Shown here piece after piece: positions 48,379 to 58,999 of a DNA stretch of 64,000 nucleotides. The DNA is from a virus. Taxonomy: Duplodnaviria > Caudoviricetes. A model generated the notes under the pieces. It was not told the origin of the DNA. It did no database searches and saw only the letters and a list, made by a program, of their open reading frames with translations. The position numbers were made by a program, and so were the translations under genes. The stretch's first letter is position 1. Each line of letters opens with the position of its first letter. The stretch lies in IMG/VR virus record IMGVR_UViG_3300043447_000710, positions 64,001 to 128,000 of that record; one strand, given 5' to 3'.

Positions 48379-48580
48379 CTTTTAAAGCTTCTTTGCTAAA
48401 AGTATTTAGAATTGGTAGCAACTCCGCTACATAATCAGCGATCTTTGAAGAACTATCTGGCGCATCGAGGTTGGCAAACAGTTCGCTAATCTTAGCTTTA
48501 CTAGAACTTTTTGTCACGCCCAAAGCATCTATTAGGTCTGCTACTTCAAGTACGGTCAATAGTAAAAGTAAATTTCCCAT
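48350..48580 (-). CDS. Small hypothetical protein
   Basis: ORF track. Confidence 0.45.
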   Translation of the reverse strand: MGNLLLLLTVLEVADLIDALGVTKSSSKAKISELFANLDAPDSSSKIADYVAELLPILNTFSKEALKDAARSSRTT

Positions 48581-48593
48581 TAATTTACAACCG

Positions 48594-50039
48594 TTATAAG
48601 AGTTCGATAAGTTTGGTTACAGAAGGTAGGATCTTACAGCAAGTGTATCCATATTTAAGCTGATTCGCTTCAAATCTTCGCTCTGCTCGCCGCCGAAAGA
48701 AATAATCGCCGTCTCTAAAGTCGATAATTACAGACCTGGCTTTTTGATAGGACGCATTAGCTCTAAGGGCACGGCCGACCTGTTGCCAAGTAAGACCTTC
48801 GGCAGAACGAGACCCAGCTAAAATTAAAAACTCTAGTTCTGGAAAATCGACTCCTTGTTTTAAGATCGAACTACCAATCAAAACCTCTGTTTCGCCAGTA
48901 GTAAAAGCGTCGATTATTTGCGTGCGCTGTTTCTTTTTAGTCTTGCCATCTACTAAAGGAGCTGTTACTCCTCGGCGTTCTAGCTCTAGTTGAATTGCTT
49001 CGCCATGATCTCTATAGTCGAACAGAATCAAGATATTTCCTTGGCGGCTCGTAAGCTTTTGTAGTTCTAAAACTAAATCTACGATCGTCTTGGTTCTGGC
49101 GGCATTAGTAGTAATAGCGTATTTGTAAAGCTTGAGAATCTCTAGATGACTTGGAGCTTTAGGAATAAGCGGGGGGTTGCGACGTTCTACTTTGTAACGA
49201 TCGGGCAGTTCGATTTGGTAATAATCGGGCAGAATAATACCGCCGCACTTTGCTACTTGTTGGGGAGAGACCTTATAAATAGTCGGTCCGCACACGCCTT
49301 CTACAATCAGATCGGCGCCATCATTGCGCTCTGGCGTTGCCGATAAACCCATGACTCGACTCTGAGTTGTTAAAGTGATTGCTAGTGTCAGATAAGAATT
49401 AGACCCTGCTGAATGAGCTTCGTCGTGAATGCAAATCTGTACTCCTTGTAGCTTAGGTTCTCTGCTAGTAGCTAGTGCTACTAGAGAGTTGATTACGCCG
49501 ATAGTAATTCGTTGCCAATCACCATGCCCGTTGCCTAACCTACCGATCGGCTCGTTAAAAGCTTCACTAAAAGTACAGTAAGTTTGCTCTAGCAAATCTA
49601 CTGACGGGACGGTAAACAAAATCCGGGCGTTAGGAAAGTGTTTTAGGTACCAGATCGCCGTTAAAGTTTTACCAGACGCGGTTGGCATCTCTACCAAGCC
49701 GCGTAGGTTTTCTATCATTTTGCTAATCGCAGTAACTTGGTAGTCGCGCAAGTACTCTGGTAATTCTACGACACTAGGATTGACTATAGGATGTAAGTTG
49801 CGTCCGTTAATCTTTAAACCCATAGAGGAAAATTTAGTTACTACCCTTTGCAGCAATCCTGTTGGGAAACAGTCTTCTGCAAAAAGACAGAAACGGCTTT
49901 CGATATTTCGATGTAAAGATTTAGCCTCGTAGGCTAAGGCTCTATTTGTAAACGTAAGCTCGGCTTCAATCCGAGAGCGCATTTCCGGATCGAGATCCGT
50001 AAAACGCGCTAAGGCTCCATCAAATTCAAGAGTGGACAT
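48594..50039 (-). CDS. Superfamily 2 helicase (UvsW/ResIII-like)
   Basis: LRDYQ, PTASGKT, DEAH, SAT, QQVGRALR. Confidence 0.92.
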   Translation of the reverse strand: MSTLEFDGALARFTDLDPEMRSRIEAELTFTNRALAYEAKSLHRNIESRFCLFAEDCFPTGLLQRVVTKFSSMGLKINGRNLHPIVNPSVVELPEYLRDYQVTAISKMIENLRGLVEMPTASGKTLTAIWYLKHFPNARILFTVPSVDLLEQTYCTFSEAFNEPIGRLGNGHGDWQRITIGVINSLVALATSREPKLQGVQICIHDEAHSAGSNSYLTLAITLTTQSRVMGLSATPERNDGADLIVEGVCGPTIYKVSPQQVAKCGGIILPDYYQIELPDRYKVERRNPPLIPKAPSHLEILKLYKYAITTNAARTKTIVDLVLELQKLTSRQGNILILFDYRDHGEAIQLELERRGVTAPLVDGKTKKKQRTQIIDAFTTGETEVLIGSSILKQGVDFPELEFLILAGSRSAEGLTWQQVGRALRANASYQKARSVIIDFRDGDYFFRRRAERRFEANQLKYGYTCCKILPSVTKLIELL

Positions 50040-50050
50040 CGTTAAAATTG

Positions 50051-51286
50051 TTAGCTGATATTTCCGAACAGTTTTCCGGCTGCGGCTCGTGCTGCTAGAT
50101 CTTTAACGTCAGCAGAGACGCTACTAGGTTCTGAAGTCAGTTCGATCGCAGCCGCCAGTTGTGTTGTCGGTTGAGAAGGCTCTGAATAAACCTCTAAAGC
50201 TTTATCTGTTTTAGAACGTTCGTCAGAGTAGGCTGTTAAGGCCTTATCTAACATTGCATGGCGCGCACCTAAGTCTAGATTCTGCTCTAATGGTGAAGTC
50301 GAATACAAAAAGCAATGACTGGTTTTGCCAACGTTGTCGGTAAGTTTGGCTACAAACATTTGAGTGGGGTAAGCAAGAGTTTGAAATGGTGTATTTTCAA
50401 ATTCAATCAATAAAGTCGAATTAGGTTCTTGCTTTTGATACAAGTTTGTAACGTATTTGTTTGCATTAACGGCACTGCTAGGGACGTGAGAATTAATCTT
50501 TGCTACTAAATCTACAAGCGGTTTGGAATAAAGGTCTGGATAAGCAACTTTATTAACCAAGACGAAACCGTCGCCTAAAGACTTGATTCCTAAATCTTTA
50601 ACAGTTACCCATTGAAGCTTGCCCTCGCGACCTTTAAAGGCAACTTTGTAGATAAAAAAGGCAAATTCACCGCTTGTTTTACAGCTTTGTTCGCCGTATC
50701 TGTCTTGATTGTTAGCAAGACATTCGCTGCACTTTAATTGTAAAGGGCGGCCGGTTTTCTCAGCGAACTCTGGGCTTGCAGTACCGTACGTGTCAAAGTT
50801 TTTACCGGCATAAACACCTGGTGCATCTTTGTCTTCGTTGTATTTCCGAAAATTGTAGGTAATACCAGTACTAGATTGGAGCGGAAATCGCCCCAATACG
50901 GTTTTCGATTCGCCGTTTCCCAAGTGCAAAACCGCCTTACTAGTCTGACAGTGCCCTCCTGCTTTGCGCTCGTTAGGAAGTTCTTGTTTGTAATTGCTTA
51001 GCTGAGCTCCGATAAAGTAACCGATCGGCATTCCTTCGAGCGCCAGAAATTGATGCAGAATAGTTTCGCCGTTGACGTCAGTTAACCCAAATACATCGTC
51101 TGGAGTAAATGGTTCTTCAGGTTGACCGCCTTTTACAGGTTTGTTGATAGTAACGTAACCAGCACTTAAGTCACTACGATAATGATCGTAGTAACGAGGA
51201 CAGATACCGAACCCAGTATCGGCTTCAGCAGCTTGTTGGGTGTAAAAAGACTTTTCAGTTTGGATGACTTTAGTTAGAAAAGACAT
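50051..51286 (-). CDS. Hypothetical replication-module protein (possible ssDNA-binding/annealing protein; start MSFL)
   Basis: Position in the replication module; CSEC...C motif. Confidence 0.5.
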   Translation of the reverse strand: MSFLTKVIQTEKSFYTQQAAEADTGFGICPRYYDHYRSDLSAGYVTINKPVKGGQPEEPFTPDDVFGLTDVNGETILHQFLALEGMPIGYFIGAQLSNYKQELPNERKAGGHCQTSKAVLHLGNGESKTVLGRFPLQSSTGITYNFRKYNEDKDAPGVYAGKNFDTYGTASPEFAEKTGRPLQLKCSECLANNQDRYGEQSCKTSGEFAFFIYKVAFKGREGKLQWVTVKDLGIKSLGDGFVLVNKVAYPDLYSKPLVDLVAKINSHVPSSAVNANKYVTNLYQKQEPNSTLLIEFENTPFQTLAYPTQMFVAKLTDNVGKTSHCFLYSTSPLEQNLDLGARHAMLDKALTAYSDERSKTDKALEVYSEPSQPTTQLAAAIELTSEPSSVSADVKDLAARAAAGKLFGNIS

Positions 51287-51288
51287 AG

Positions 51289-52119
51289 TTAATTGAGATG
51301 ATAAATGGATAATAATTCTCGCCAACGTTTGAACGCTAGCAGGTCAAATTCGCAGTAGTACCAGGTTGCATACCGGCTTACGCCTAGCCTTCTTTGAGAT
51401 GTCGATCTCATAGTAGAGGATTGCAACCACCTGCCAAAACTTCTAAGGTACAAGGGATTTAAAGACTTGGCAAATGCAGCTGAAAATGGCTGCATAAAAG
51501 CAGCTAGTCCCCGACATTTACCGCGTTTAGGATCCCCTATGTAAAGCTGGAAGTTTTGTTTGCCAGCAAATAGATACATTGCTTGAGCTTGGTTAAGATG
51601 TGTCCATCTCTGTATACCTTTTAAATCTAGTAGGCATTCTAAATAGCTTGAATAACCCTGGTCTTTATCCATTACTAGGCTTGTTGAATTCGAACTATAA
51701 TAAGCAGTTGAAGGAAGGCGCTCCAATCCTTCAGCTATATTAATATTCTGAAACTCTTTGAAGTCTTTAGCTAATATTTTAGAGCCAATATTTAAATTCC
51801 AAATGCTTGTGTTTTGAGCTAGGTTTGATAGTTTAGAGTTATTGATAGCAAAGACTATATTATTAGCTCCGGCTTCTGCGTAGAACCCATTACTTAAAGA
51901 TAGCTCTAGACAATCGCAAATAGTTTGAGTCGGTCGATCGTAATCGGTGACTACGGCACTAAGAAACTTATCGATAGTGTCCGTATAACTGTAAACATTT
52001 TGAATCCCTGCGGCTCTAGCAGACCACACTAACTGTTGAGCGTTAGCGTCCGTAATATAAATCCGTCCAGGGTTCTTGTAATAATCTTGTGACAAAAGAG
52101 GGTTTGCAGTCATTAGCAA
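51289..52119 (-). CDS. Hypothetical protein (possible clamp-loader accessory subunit)
   Basis: Adjacent to the DnaX-like gene. Confidence 0.45.
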   Translation of the reverse strand: MLMTANPLLSQDYYKNPGRIYITDANAQQLVWSARAAGIQNVYSYTDTIDKFLSAVVTDYDRPTQTICDCLELSLSNGFYAEAGANNIVFAINNSKLSNLAQNTSIWNLNIGSKILAKDFKEFQNINIAEGLERLPSTAYYSSNSTSLVMDKDQGYSSYLECLLDLKGIQRWTHLNQAQAMYLFAGKQNFQLYIGDPKRGKCRGLAAFMQPFSAAFAKSLNPLYLRSFGRWLQSSTMRSTSQRRLGVSRYATWYYCEFDLLAFKRWRELLSIYHLN

Positions 52120-53191
52120 TTGCCTGAGCGAATGTAAGCGGCCAGTTTAACTGTTTGAGATTGAGAAGCGTGTAAGTAAACGATAGCCTACTAGGATTAT
52201 TAGCAACTTGGCTTAAAAGTAGCGTCGCACTCCACCATAAATCTTCTCCTAATAACTCCCAGTGCTTGTCTAGATCTTCTTGCAGCTTTTCATTAATGTG
52301 TTCTACTGACTTATTTGCAATCAAAGAATCTACTGCTTTTTTAAATTCTGCTGAAATGGGTTTGCTAAGTATCAAGTTCCAAATCTTAAAGGAACTTTCG
52401 ATATCGTCTAGAGATAGCTTTAGAGATACGGACTCTAAAGTCACTGGCTGAATAAAGTCTAGACAATCTTTGTAAGCTGCTAAAGCTCCGCGCACGCTGC
52501 CGTTTGCATACTTAGCTAGGACCTCACATACTTGTGGCGAGACTTGAAACTTAGAGTATAAGTACGAACTTAGCTGCGTTTGGGTGGGAGTTTGTAAGTT
52601 TAGCACCGCTCCGCGCTGAGATACTGCTTGACGAGCTTGCGCGTCTAGCTGCTCGATCGCCATAGAGATAAATACTAAGACTACTCTGTCTCGTAACGGA
52701 TCGAACGCATCACTTCGAGCCAAGCATCTTTGAAATAAGTGCTTTGGAAGTAGGTGAGCTTCCTCGAAAACAATAAACAAAATATCGGCGTGAGGTCTAC
52801 CAGTGTAAGAAGGTCCCCTGTCCGCAGCGTGAAGTGCATCTATTACTGCAGCTTGATAAGTAATTTCCTTATTATCTCCGTCCTTGCTATTTTGAGCGGA
52901 AACCCAAACAACATTACCATATCCAGACTCATACTGCGGATCGCTGTTACAAATCGCACAGTTGCCACAAGCATCAGTACCTCCTGGCTCTCTGTTCAGG
53001 CAATGAGTAGCTTGAACCATTAGTTTCGCACTTACAGTCTTGCCAGAACCAGTGCTACCAAAAAAGCAAACAGAACTAGGAATGCTGTCCTTCGCAAGCC
53101 AGCTTTTGATAGTTGCTATAGCAACGTCTTGGAAGCATACTTGTTGTAACGTTCTAGGCCTATTTAGATAAGGAAAGTTAGTAACTGCCAT
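52043..53191 (-). CDS. dnaX: DNA polymerase III gamma/tau-like clamp loader ATPase
   Basis: RPRTLQQV, GSTGSGKT, C...CGNCAIC, EEAHLL, GSVR. Confidence 0.85.
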   Translation of the reverse strand: MAVTNFPYLNRPRTLQQVCFQDVAIATIKSWLAKDSIPSSVCFFGSTGSGKTVSAKLMVQATHCLNREPGGTDACGNCAICNSDPQYESGYGNVVWVSAQNSKDGDNKEITYQAAVIDALHAADRGPSYTGRPHADILFIVFEEAHLLPKHLFQRCLARSDAFDPLRDRVVLVFISMAIEQLDAQARQAVSQRGAVLNLQTPTQTQLSSYLYSKFQVSPQVCEVLAKYANGSVRGALAAYKDCLDFIQPVTLESVSLKLSLDDIESSFKIWNLILSKPISAEFKKAVDSLIANKSVEHINEKLQEDLDKHWELLGEDLWWSATLLLSQVANNPSRLSFTYTLLNLKQLNWPLTFAQAIANDCKPSFVTRLLQEPWTDLYYGR

Positions 53192-53242
53192 AGTACGTAT
53201 AAACTATAATAAGCTGGTATGTACATGTTAACTCAAATCGAG

Positions 53243-53983
53243 CTAACTCAAAAGAAATTGTTTTAAAGGTTTAAGATCCTCTTTAAATACTTCAACTGGC
53301 GTGTAACAGTATTTATTTAAAGGAACTCTATCGACGATAGTTTTGAGTTTAGTTCTGTAATCGATAACTACGTTAGATTCTATATAACTAATACTCCGAG
53401 CGTAAGACGCTGGATTGTAGGTGCAGACCGCAGCGTGTGAGCCGCAAAAGAAAGACGACCTTAATAAAGAGGACACTGTCGTTCCTGGAATATCTGGATA
53501 TAACAACCGCAAAGCTTCTAGAGCGCGGGCGCCGGCAATTAAAAGAGCGGCTTTAGGCGCTGCTTGGTTTAGTAAGTCAAACTCAACTTGCAGCCAATTA
53601 CGAGTGCAAGTTTGAAGATGCTTGCCGTTAATAGCGGCTTTGCGCCCATTGTGGCTAGGGTCGCACTTCAGAGCATTTGTAAACCAAATCTGTTCGCGAT
53701 CGTCGAGGCCATACTCTTGGCTTAAGATGTCGCGAATAAACCTGCCAGAATTTGGCTTTGTAAACTTGGCGCTGCGCTTGCGTTGAGAAAATGCCCAATC
53801 GTTAGGCACTTGCGGAAAATCAAATTCAGTTTCGTAGGCGCCTGGATAATCACTAACTACAATTAGTTTGACAGCTGTTAGATCTTGAGGTCCGTTCCCT
53901 GACACTGAAAAGTTAGTCGATAAGTTGCAAGCTTTGCACTGACGGTCGATTGGAATTGGAGACTTAAAATAATAACTTGTCAT
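53243..53983 (-). CDS. Uracil-DNA glycosylase family 4-like protein
   Basis: CKACNL, SDYPG..E, TNALKC, TYNPAS. Confidence 0.8.
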   Translation of the reverse strand: MTSYYFKSPIPIDRQCKACNLSTNFSVSGNGPQDLTAVKLIVVSDYPGAYETEFDFPQVPNDWAFSQRKRSAKFTKPNSGRFIRDILSQEYGLDDREQIWFTNALKCDPSHNGRKAAINGKHLQTCTRNWLQVEFDLLNQAAPKAALLIAGARALEALRLLYPDIPGTTVSSLLRSSFFCGSHAAVCTYNPASYARSISYIESNVVIDYRTKLKTIVDRVPLNKYCYTPVEVFKEDLKPLKQFLLS

Positions 53984-53985
53984 TT

Positions 53986-54150
53986 TTAATTCTTAACCTG
54001 AATATAAGATTCGCACTTATCTCCGCTAGGTTTAAAATCACTTACTAAGATATACGGCTCTTTATTAGCTAGGTATGATAGGTACCGATCGCAGCTTTTG
54101 GAGCTCGGGCATTCTTTATTAGTACATTTGGAATAGTCGTTAGGTAGCAT
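53986..54150 (-). CDS. Small Cys-rich phage protein (54 aa)
   Basis: Hand translation MLPNDYSKCTNKECPSSKSCDRY...KCESYIQVKN*; fills the operon gap. Confidence 0.65.
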   Translation of the reverse strand: MLPNDYSKCTNKECPSSKSCDRYLSYLANKEPYILVSDFKPSGDKCESYIQVKN

Positions 54151-55342
54151 TGTTTTCTAAGTTTAAAGAGCACACTACTTCGTCTGTAATTTGTTCGGCT
54201 AGGAATTTACCTGCGTATCTACCGTTAAGTTGGCGAATCTCAATGTCTAAAGGCAGTCCGCTTTTAGATTTAGAAATGGCGCGGTCTAGGGTCTTAATTG
54301 TTTTAGTAAGAGCAGCACTTGAAGTATTAAAAGTTAGTTCTGTAAGAGTTTGGGTTTGAAAATAGCTTACTAAGCTAAACTCTCTAGTTAATAAATCTGC
54401 AGCCTTGGAAATTTTAAGTTCGTCTTTACTAAAACTCAATCTTACATACTTATTTGGGGAAGTTTTTGGCTGTTGAGCTGTTAAAGCTTCTAGTAACCGT
54501 TTAGAACTAACGCTTACTTTTATTAAAACTTCTGCGTTATTTAAGCCTTCAAAAGAAGCCGCCACCCCTTTTAAAGCTGCGTACCGATCTAACGACTGGG
54601 CCCGGGCTACCACTAATCTACTGTTAGTTAGAGTAGCTACTCTCGTGCCCTCAATATTAAAGTCGATACTTTTGGCATCTGTTTTAGATTGCGCTAATAA
54701 TTCTAAGTCCATTCCTAATAACGCTACGCATTCTTTAGTCTTAGAAGGTTGTAACAGATTTACGCTTTGTCTGTAGTAATAATTAGGAGCGTTAAGTGCT
54801 AGTGCATAAATGTTTAGCGCGCTGGCGCACTCTACTAATACCGCGCGATCTCCCATAGTCCGATTTCCGTAGTCACCAAAGCTGATTGCTTTGCTTACTG
54901 CTTCAGCTAATTCTGAAGCTGGAGTATTTAAGGGTAGTTCGGTAGGTAGTTCTGGTGCTCTAAATTCAGACAGATCTCCTGCAAAACAAGGAAGTAGATT
55001 GGAGTCTAGTGTTTGGGTATCATCGCTGCTACATCTAGTAGTAATACGAATGTTATCGAACTCACGTTCTAAGCTTACGTAATAATTAGAGTCTAGGTTT
55101 TTGATTAAAGCTTTTGTATCGGCTGCTGGAATTAAAAATTCGGCTACTAGATTTGGATCTACTTCTAGCTCGCTTGAGTAGGCTGCATACAATCCGCCCC
55201 TACCAACACCAGAACATTTTAAGGTGCTGTTGACAATTTGCAATTTATAAAAAGTATTTACCGATCCAGGCGGTAACAAGATATCGATTTCTGGTAAGGA
55301 CTCTAAAGCCAAAGACAAAGCTTTAATTGGAATGGTAAGCAT
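54140..55342 (-). CDS. DNA polymerase III beta sliding clamp-like protein
   Basis: About 400 aa with a three-domain pattern; next to the DnaX-like gene. Confidence 0.6.
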   Translation of the reverse strand: MLTIPIKALSLALESLPEIDILLPPGSVNTFYKLQIVNSTLKCSGVGRGGLYAAYSSELEVDPNLVAEFLIPAADTKALIKNLDSNYYVSLEREFDNIRITTRCSSDDTQTLDSNLLPCFAGDLSEFRAPELPTELPLNTPASELAEAVSKAISFGDYGNRTMGDRAVLVECASALNIYALALNAPNYYYRQSVNLLQPSKTKECVALLGMDLELLAQSKTDAKSIDFNIEGTRVATLTNSRLVVARAQSLDRYAALKGVAASFEGLNNAEVLIKVSVSSKRLLEALTAQQPKTSPNKYVRLSFSKDELKISKAADLLTREFSLVSYFQTQTLTELTFNTSSAALTKTIKTLDRAISKSKSGLPLDIEIRQLNGRYAGKFLAEQITDEVVCSLNLENNAT

Positions 55343-55413
55343 AGTTATATCTATTAGCGCGGTTTACACAAAGAAAAAACTTTTAGAGTTTAGAAGTTGA
55401 GTACTGGGCAGAA

Positions 55414-58400
55414 ATGAATTCCTGGCAAGCAAATTTAACAGCTGACTCCCAATCGATTGAAATCGTAGCAATCCTTGACGGGGAGACATATCGCAAGGCT
55501 ATCTACGATTTGGAATCGATCGTCTGTAGATGGTGGGCGAGCGGCGATTATGAATATGTAGGGCTGTACCACCAAAAGTTAAGCAGTGAAGCTTTAATAA
55601 TTGTAGATACGGATCCTCAAGGTAACGCAAACAATAGGATTTTGGGACTTGCAAGTCCTGCTGCAATTCAAACTGCTTGGGGTAGCATCGGCGGCGCTGG
55701 CGCTAGTACTGCAGCTACAGCTAACGCGTCTGCTGTAACTGCTGGGATACAAGCGTCTGCTAGTATATCTGCAATAGTCGATAATCTAGGAGCTAAGTCC
55801 GAACCTGCTTACGACGGGACATCAGATCGGTCTCTATTAAGTTTGGTAAAAGGCGTATTTAACAAGCTGTTAGATGCGGCTCAGGTGACTACAACTGTAG
55901 ATAATAGTACTAGGTTAGCGGCTATCGATAGTAAGTTAGGAGCTATCGTCACTAACACGTCTGGCAATAGATACGAATTTGATTTAGCAACAGACGATGT
56001 AGGTACATTAATAGTACGTTATGACAAACAGAGCGGTACCGTCGCTAACTTCGATCTGAGTTTAAATGCTTACAGTCCTGTAGGTAACGTTAGAGTTGCG
56101 AGTAAAGATAACACTAGCGTACAAGCGCAAGAATATCAAGCTAAATCCTCTAACTTTGGAAATTGGTCTATAGACGACCGCTTGATTAGAATTTATGTAT
56201 ACAACCTAAGCACCGGTGCGGTTGTAGGTGGTTTTTGGCACAACGACTCTACAGGTGCAGCCTTATCTATCAGTCCAGTTTTAGGAGTAGATGTTGACGA
56301 AGCAGATGCTGCGGAGCTGGCTAGATTGAAGCTTATCTCTGAAGCAATAGGTAGCATCAACGCTCCTTCCGCAACAGACACTGCAAGTGCTTGGAGTCTA
56401 AACTCTCTATTAAGACTTGTAGCGGTCAAGCTTACAGATTTATTAAGCTTGTTTTTGGGAAGCGGAGCTAACATTAAGCCCGCAGCCGGAGCTAAATTCG
56501 TCGGCACGATCGACCAAACCACTCAAGGTACGACTAACTTTGTTACAGCCAACCAGACCCAGATTGGCGGTGCGGCAGTATCTACGGGTAACGGCCTGGC
56601 CGATCCTGGCACTCAAAGAATAGCGATCGCTAGCGACGGCTACCCAGCTCTACCGACTGGCACTAACATCATCGGTCTAGTGGGTATCGACGGCGCGAAT
56701 AATAATGTCGAACTAGATCCGGCTCAAGCCGCGCTGCTGACCTCGATCGACGGCAAACTCACTAGCGGCAATCAAAAATCGATCGTTCGCAGCGGCACGA
56801 AAGGCACTAGCAGTCCAGCGGATATCACCTCGACCCCAGCAGGCCTTAACAAAGAAGCACTAGATGTTGCCATCATCGACGCTGCTGGCAACCAGATTAC
56901 AACCTTTGGCGGCGACATTACTACGGCTGCCAAGGGGACGACCTTGGCGGGTAGTCCGACATCTACTAATGTTAGTGCCGATCGGCAGGCTCTAGATGTA
57001 GACACCGAATTACCTACTCCCATCACCTTAACCGATGCGATCGCTAATCCCACTACTCCCATCGTCGGCGCGGCTGAGATGGGCTGGACGGGTACGGTGT
57101 GGGAGCGATTGCAGTCAGTAGCGGGGAGTCTAAAGGTCGCGCTCCAATCGACCACTAATAATATCGGTAACGTGAGAATTACCGATCTAACCAATTTCCT
57201 GCCGACGATGGACGATCCGGCGCGGAGAGGATATCAACAACTCACCGATGGCACTAATTCGCCTGCGATTAAAGGGGCGAGTACTCCAGCGGCAGGTACA
57301 GATCCAGCGTTAGTAGTAGCGATATCACCTAATAGTGGATTGGCGAGTGAATCGACGCTAAATAACATCCTGACTCAGTTGCAGGGCGATAGATCGATTT
57401 CGTCTCACTTGTTTGTGGACAGTACTGGAACTGTTTATCTTAGAGCACTAGCGTACAGTCAAACAGCTAATGCTTACGAAAGTGTCAGTCTAGACATTGC
57501 TACTGGCGCGACTTATACTCCAGTTCCACCCGAAACCGCAGTAGATCGATCTGATTTTGATACGACCGAAACGGTGTGGGAAATAACCACCGCCGGGACT
57601 GGTTATAGCATCGGCGATGTGGTGTCTCAGTTTACGCTGATCTCTCAAAATCCAATCGCCGTAGCGGGAGTACTTTGGTACAACCAATCGACCTCAGCCG
57701 CCATCGCCGCTCCACTGGTCGGACATCGCCGCAGGGTTGGTAGCGTCGGGGCGACCGAAGCAACACTAGCGGCTGTAAATAATAAGCTACAGACTGGCTC
57801 TCAGTTGTTAGCACAGTCTGTAGGTGTAGCAGCCCCGCAAAAAACCATTGTCTCCCTGCCAGCTAGCGTACCTGCTGCCAACACGGATCTGCTTACGGGC
57901 ACGGTAAATGGCTGGTTCGATGCGCGAGCCTTTGCCGCTGCTTCGATCGAGGTGTTTTGGGGCTCTCCGCTAACTGGGGGCGGCACGATATTTTTCGAGA
58001 AAACTAACGATCCCTCTATCGCCACAGGACTGCAATGGGTGATGGAAAACGAGGGAGGGGGTAGCGGAACGATCTCAAGAGTAGACGCTCTAGCTGGATC
58101 TCCTAATACCAAGGTTTCATTTAGATCGAGCGTCGATACTGGCTGGGTTCGAGTCCGCTGTTTAGATACGCCTATCGGCGGCGGCACGATTCGATGCGTA
58201 GCTGCGTTTAGTCAAATTCCACTGGCAAAAGGTGGGGTTGGGATTATGGCTAATAGTAATTTAGCCAGTGTGACGACGGTAACTACAGTTAACAATGCTA
58301 CATTAAGCGGCCTAGCGGCGATCAACGATACTGGCGGAACGATTAACGCCTCAGCTACTTCGCCGACGTTTTTGGTGACTAGTGGGACTAGTTTGCAATT

Positions 58401-58998
58401 TGAGGTTTCGGTATCGAGCGTATCGGGTACGTCGCCGACACTAGTGGTTGTAGTGCAAGAGTCGTCGGATAACTTGAACTGGCGATCGATTTATCGCTTT
58501 CCTACGATAACAGCAATAGGTTCCTACCGAAGCCCGGTACTGCCTAACAATTGCCGATCGATTCGATACGTGCAAACCGTGGGAGGGACGGCACCATCCT
58601 TTACTCGCAATATTTGGCGACATGCTAGCAATATCGGTACGGCTACTGCCGTAGGTTCGCAGCGGCTGGGAGGGTTTGCGGGTGGTGCGACTAATATTAT
58701 CGACTTGCCTTTACACGGCAGAATTCGGCGATTGACTGCCAACAACCGGACGGCGGGGCTGCTGTTCTTGCAAATCCACGACAAAGCCACGGTGCTGACG
58801 GCGGGTAATGTCCCGCTTAATGGCGAAGTTTATCCGCTCGTGGCAGGATCGAGTCTGCCTTTTACGGCGGCAGACTTCGGAGAGGTCGGGTCGTGGTTTG
58901 GTGAAAACCCTCGGATTGGTATTTCTTCGACGTTCGGTACGTACACCGCAGCGGTCATCGCCGCGAACCAAGCCAGTCTATTTGTGGAGGTAGTCTAA
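55414..58998 (+). CDS. Tail fibre / virion appendage protein
   Basis: Thr/Gly/Ala-rich beta modules with internal repeats. Confidence 0.7.
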   Translation: MNSWQANLTADSQSIEIVAILDGETYRKAIYDLESIVCRWWASGDYEYVGLYHQKLSSEALIIVDTDPQGNANNRILGLASPAAIQTAWGSIGGAGASTAATANASAVTAGIQASASISAIVDNLGAKSEPAYDGTSDRSLLSLVKGVFNKLLDAAQVTTTVDNSTRLAAIDSKLGAIVTNTSGNRYEFDLATDDVGTLIVRYDKQSGTVANFDLSLNAYSPVGNVRVASKDNTSVQAQEYQAKSSNFGNWSIDDRLIRIYVYNLSTGAVVGGFWHNDSTGAALSISPVLGVDVDEADAAELARLKLISEAIGSINAPSATDTASAWSLNSLLRLVAVKLTDLLSLFLGSGANIKPAAGAKFVGTIDQTTQGTTNFVTANQTQIGGAAVSTGNGLADPGTQRIAIASDGYPALPTGTNIIGLVGIDGANNNVELDPAQAALLTSIDGKLTSGNQKSIVRSGTKGTSSPADITSTPAGLNKEALDVAIIDAAGNQITTFGGDITTAAKGTTLAGSPTSTNVSADRQALDVDTELPTPITLTDAIANPTTPIVGAAEMGWTGTVWERLQSVAGSLKVALQSTTNNIGNVRITDLTNFLPTMDDPARRGYQQLTDGTNSPAIKGASTPAAGTDPALVVAISPNSGLASESTLNNILTQLQGDRSISSHLFVDSTGTVYLRALAYSQTANAYESVSLDIATGATYTPVPPETAVDRSDFDTTETVWEITTAGTGYSIGDVVSQFTLISQNPIAVAGVLWYNQSTSAAIAAPLVGHRRRVGSVGATEATLAAVNNKLQTGSQLLAQSVGVAAPQKTIVSLPASVPAANTDLLTGTVNGWFDARAFAAASIEVFWGSPLTGGGTIFFEKTNDPSIATGLQWVMENEGGGSGTISRVDALAGSPNTKVSFRSSVDTGWVRVRCLDTPIGGGTIRCVAAFSQIPLAKGGVGIMANSNLASVTTVTTVNNATLSGLAAINDTGGTINASATSPTFLVTSGTSLQFEVSVSSVSGTSPTLVVVVQESSDNLNWRSIYRFPTITAIGSYRSPVLPNNCRSIRYVQTVGGTAPSFTRNIWRHASNIGTATAVGSQRLGGFAGGATNIIDLPLHGRIRRLTANNRTAGLLFLQIHDKATVLTAGNVPLNGEVYPLVAGSSLPFTAADFGEVGSWFGENPRIGISSTFGTYTAAVIAANQASLFVEVV

Positions 58999-58999
58999 G

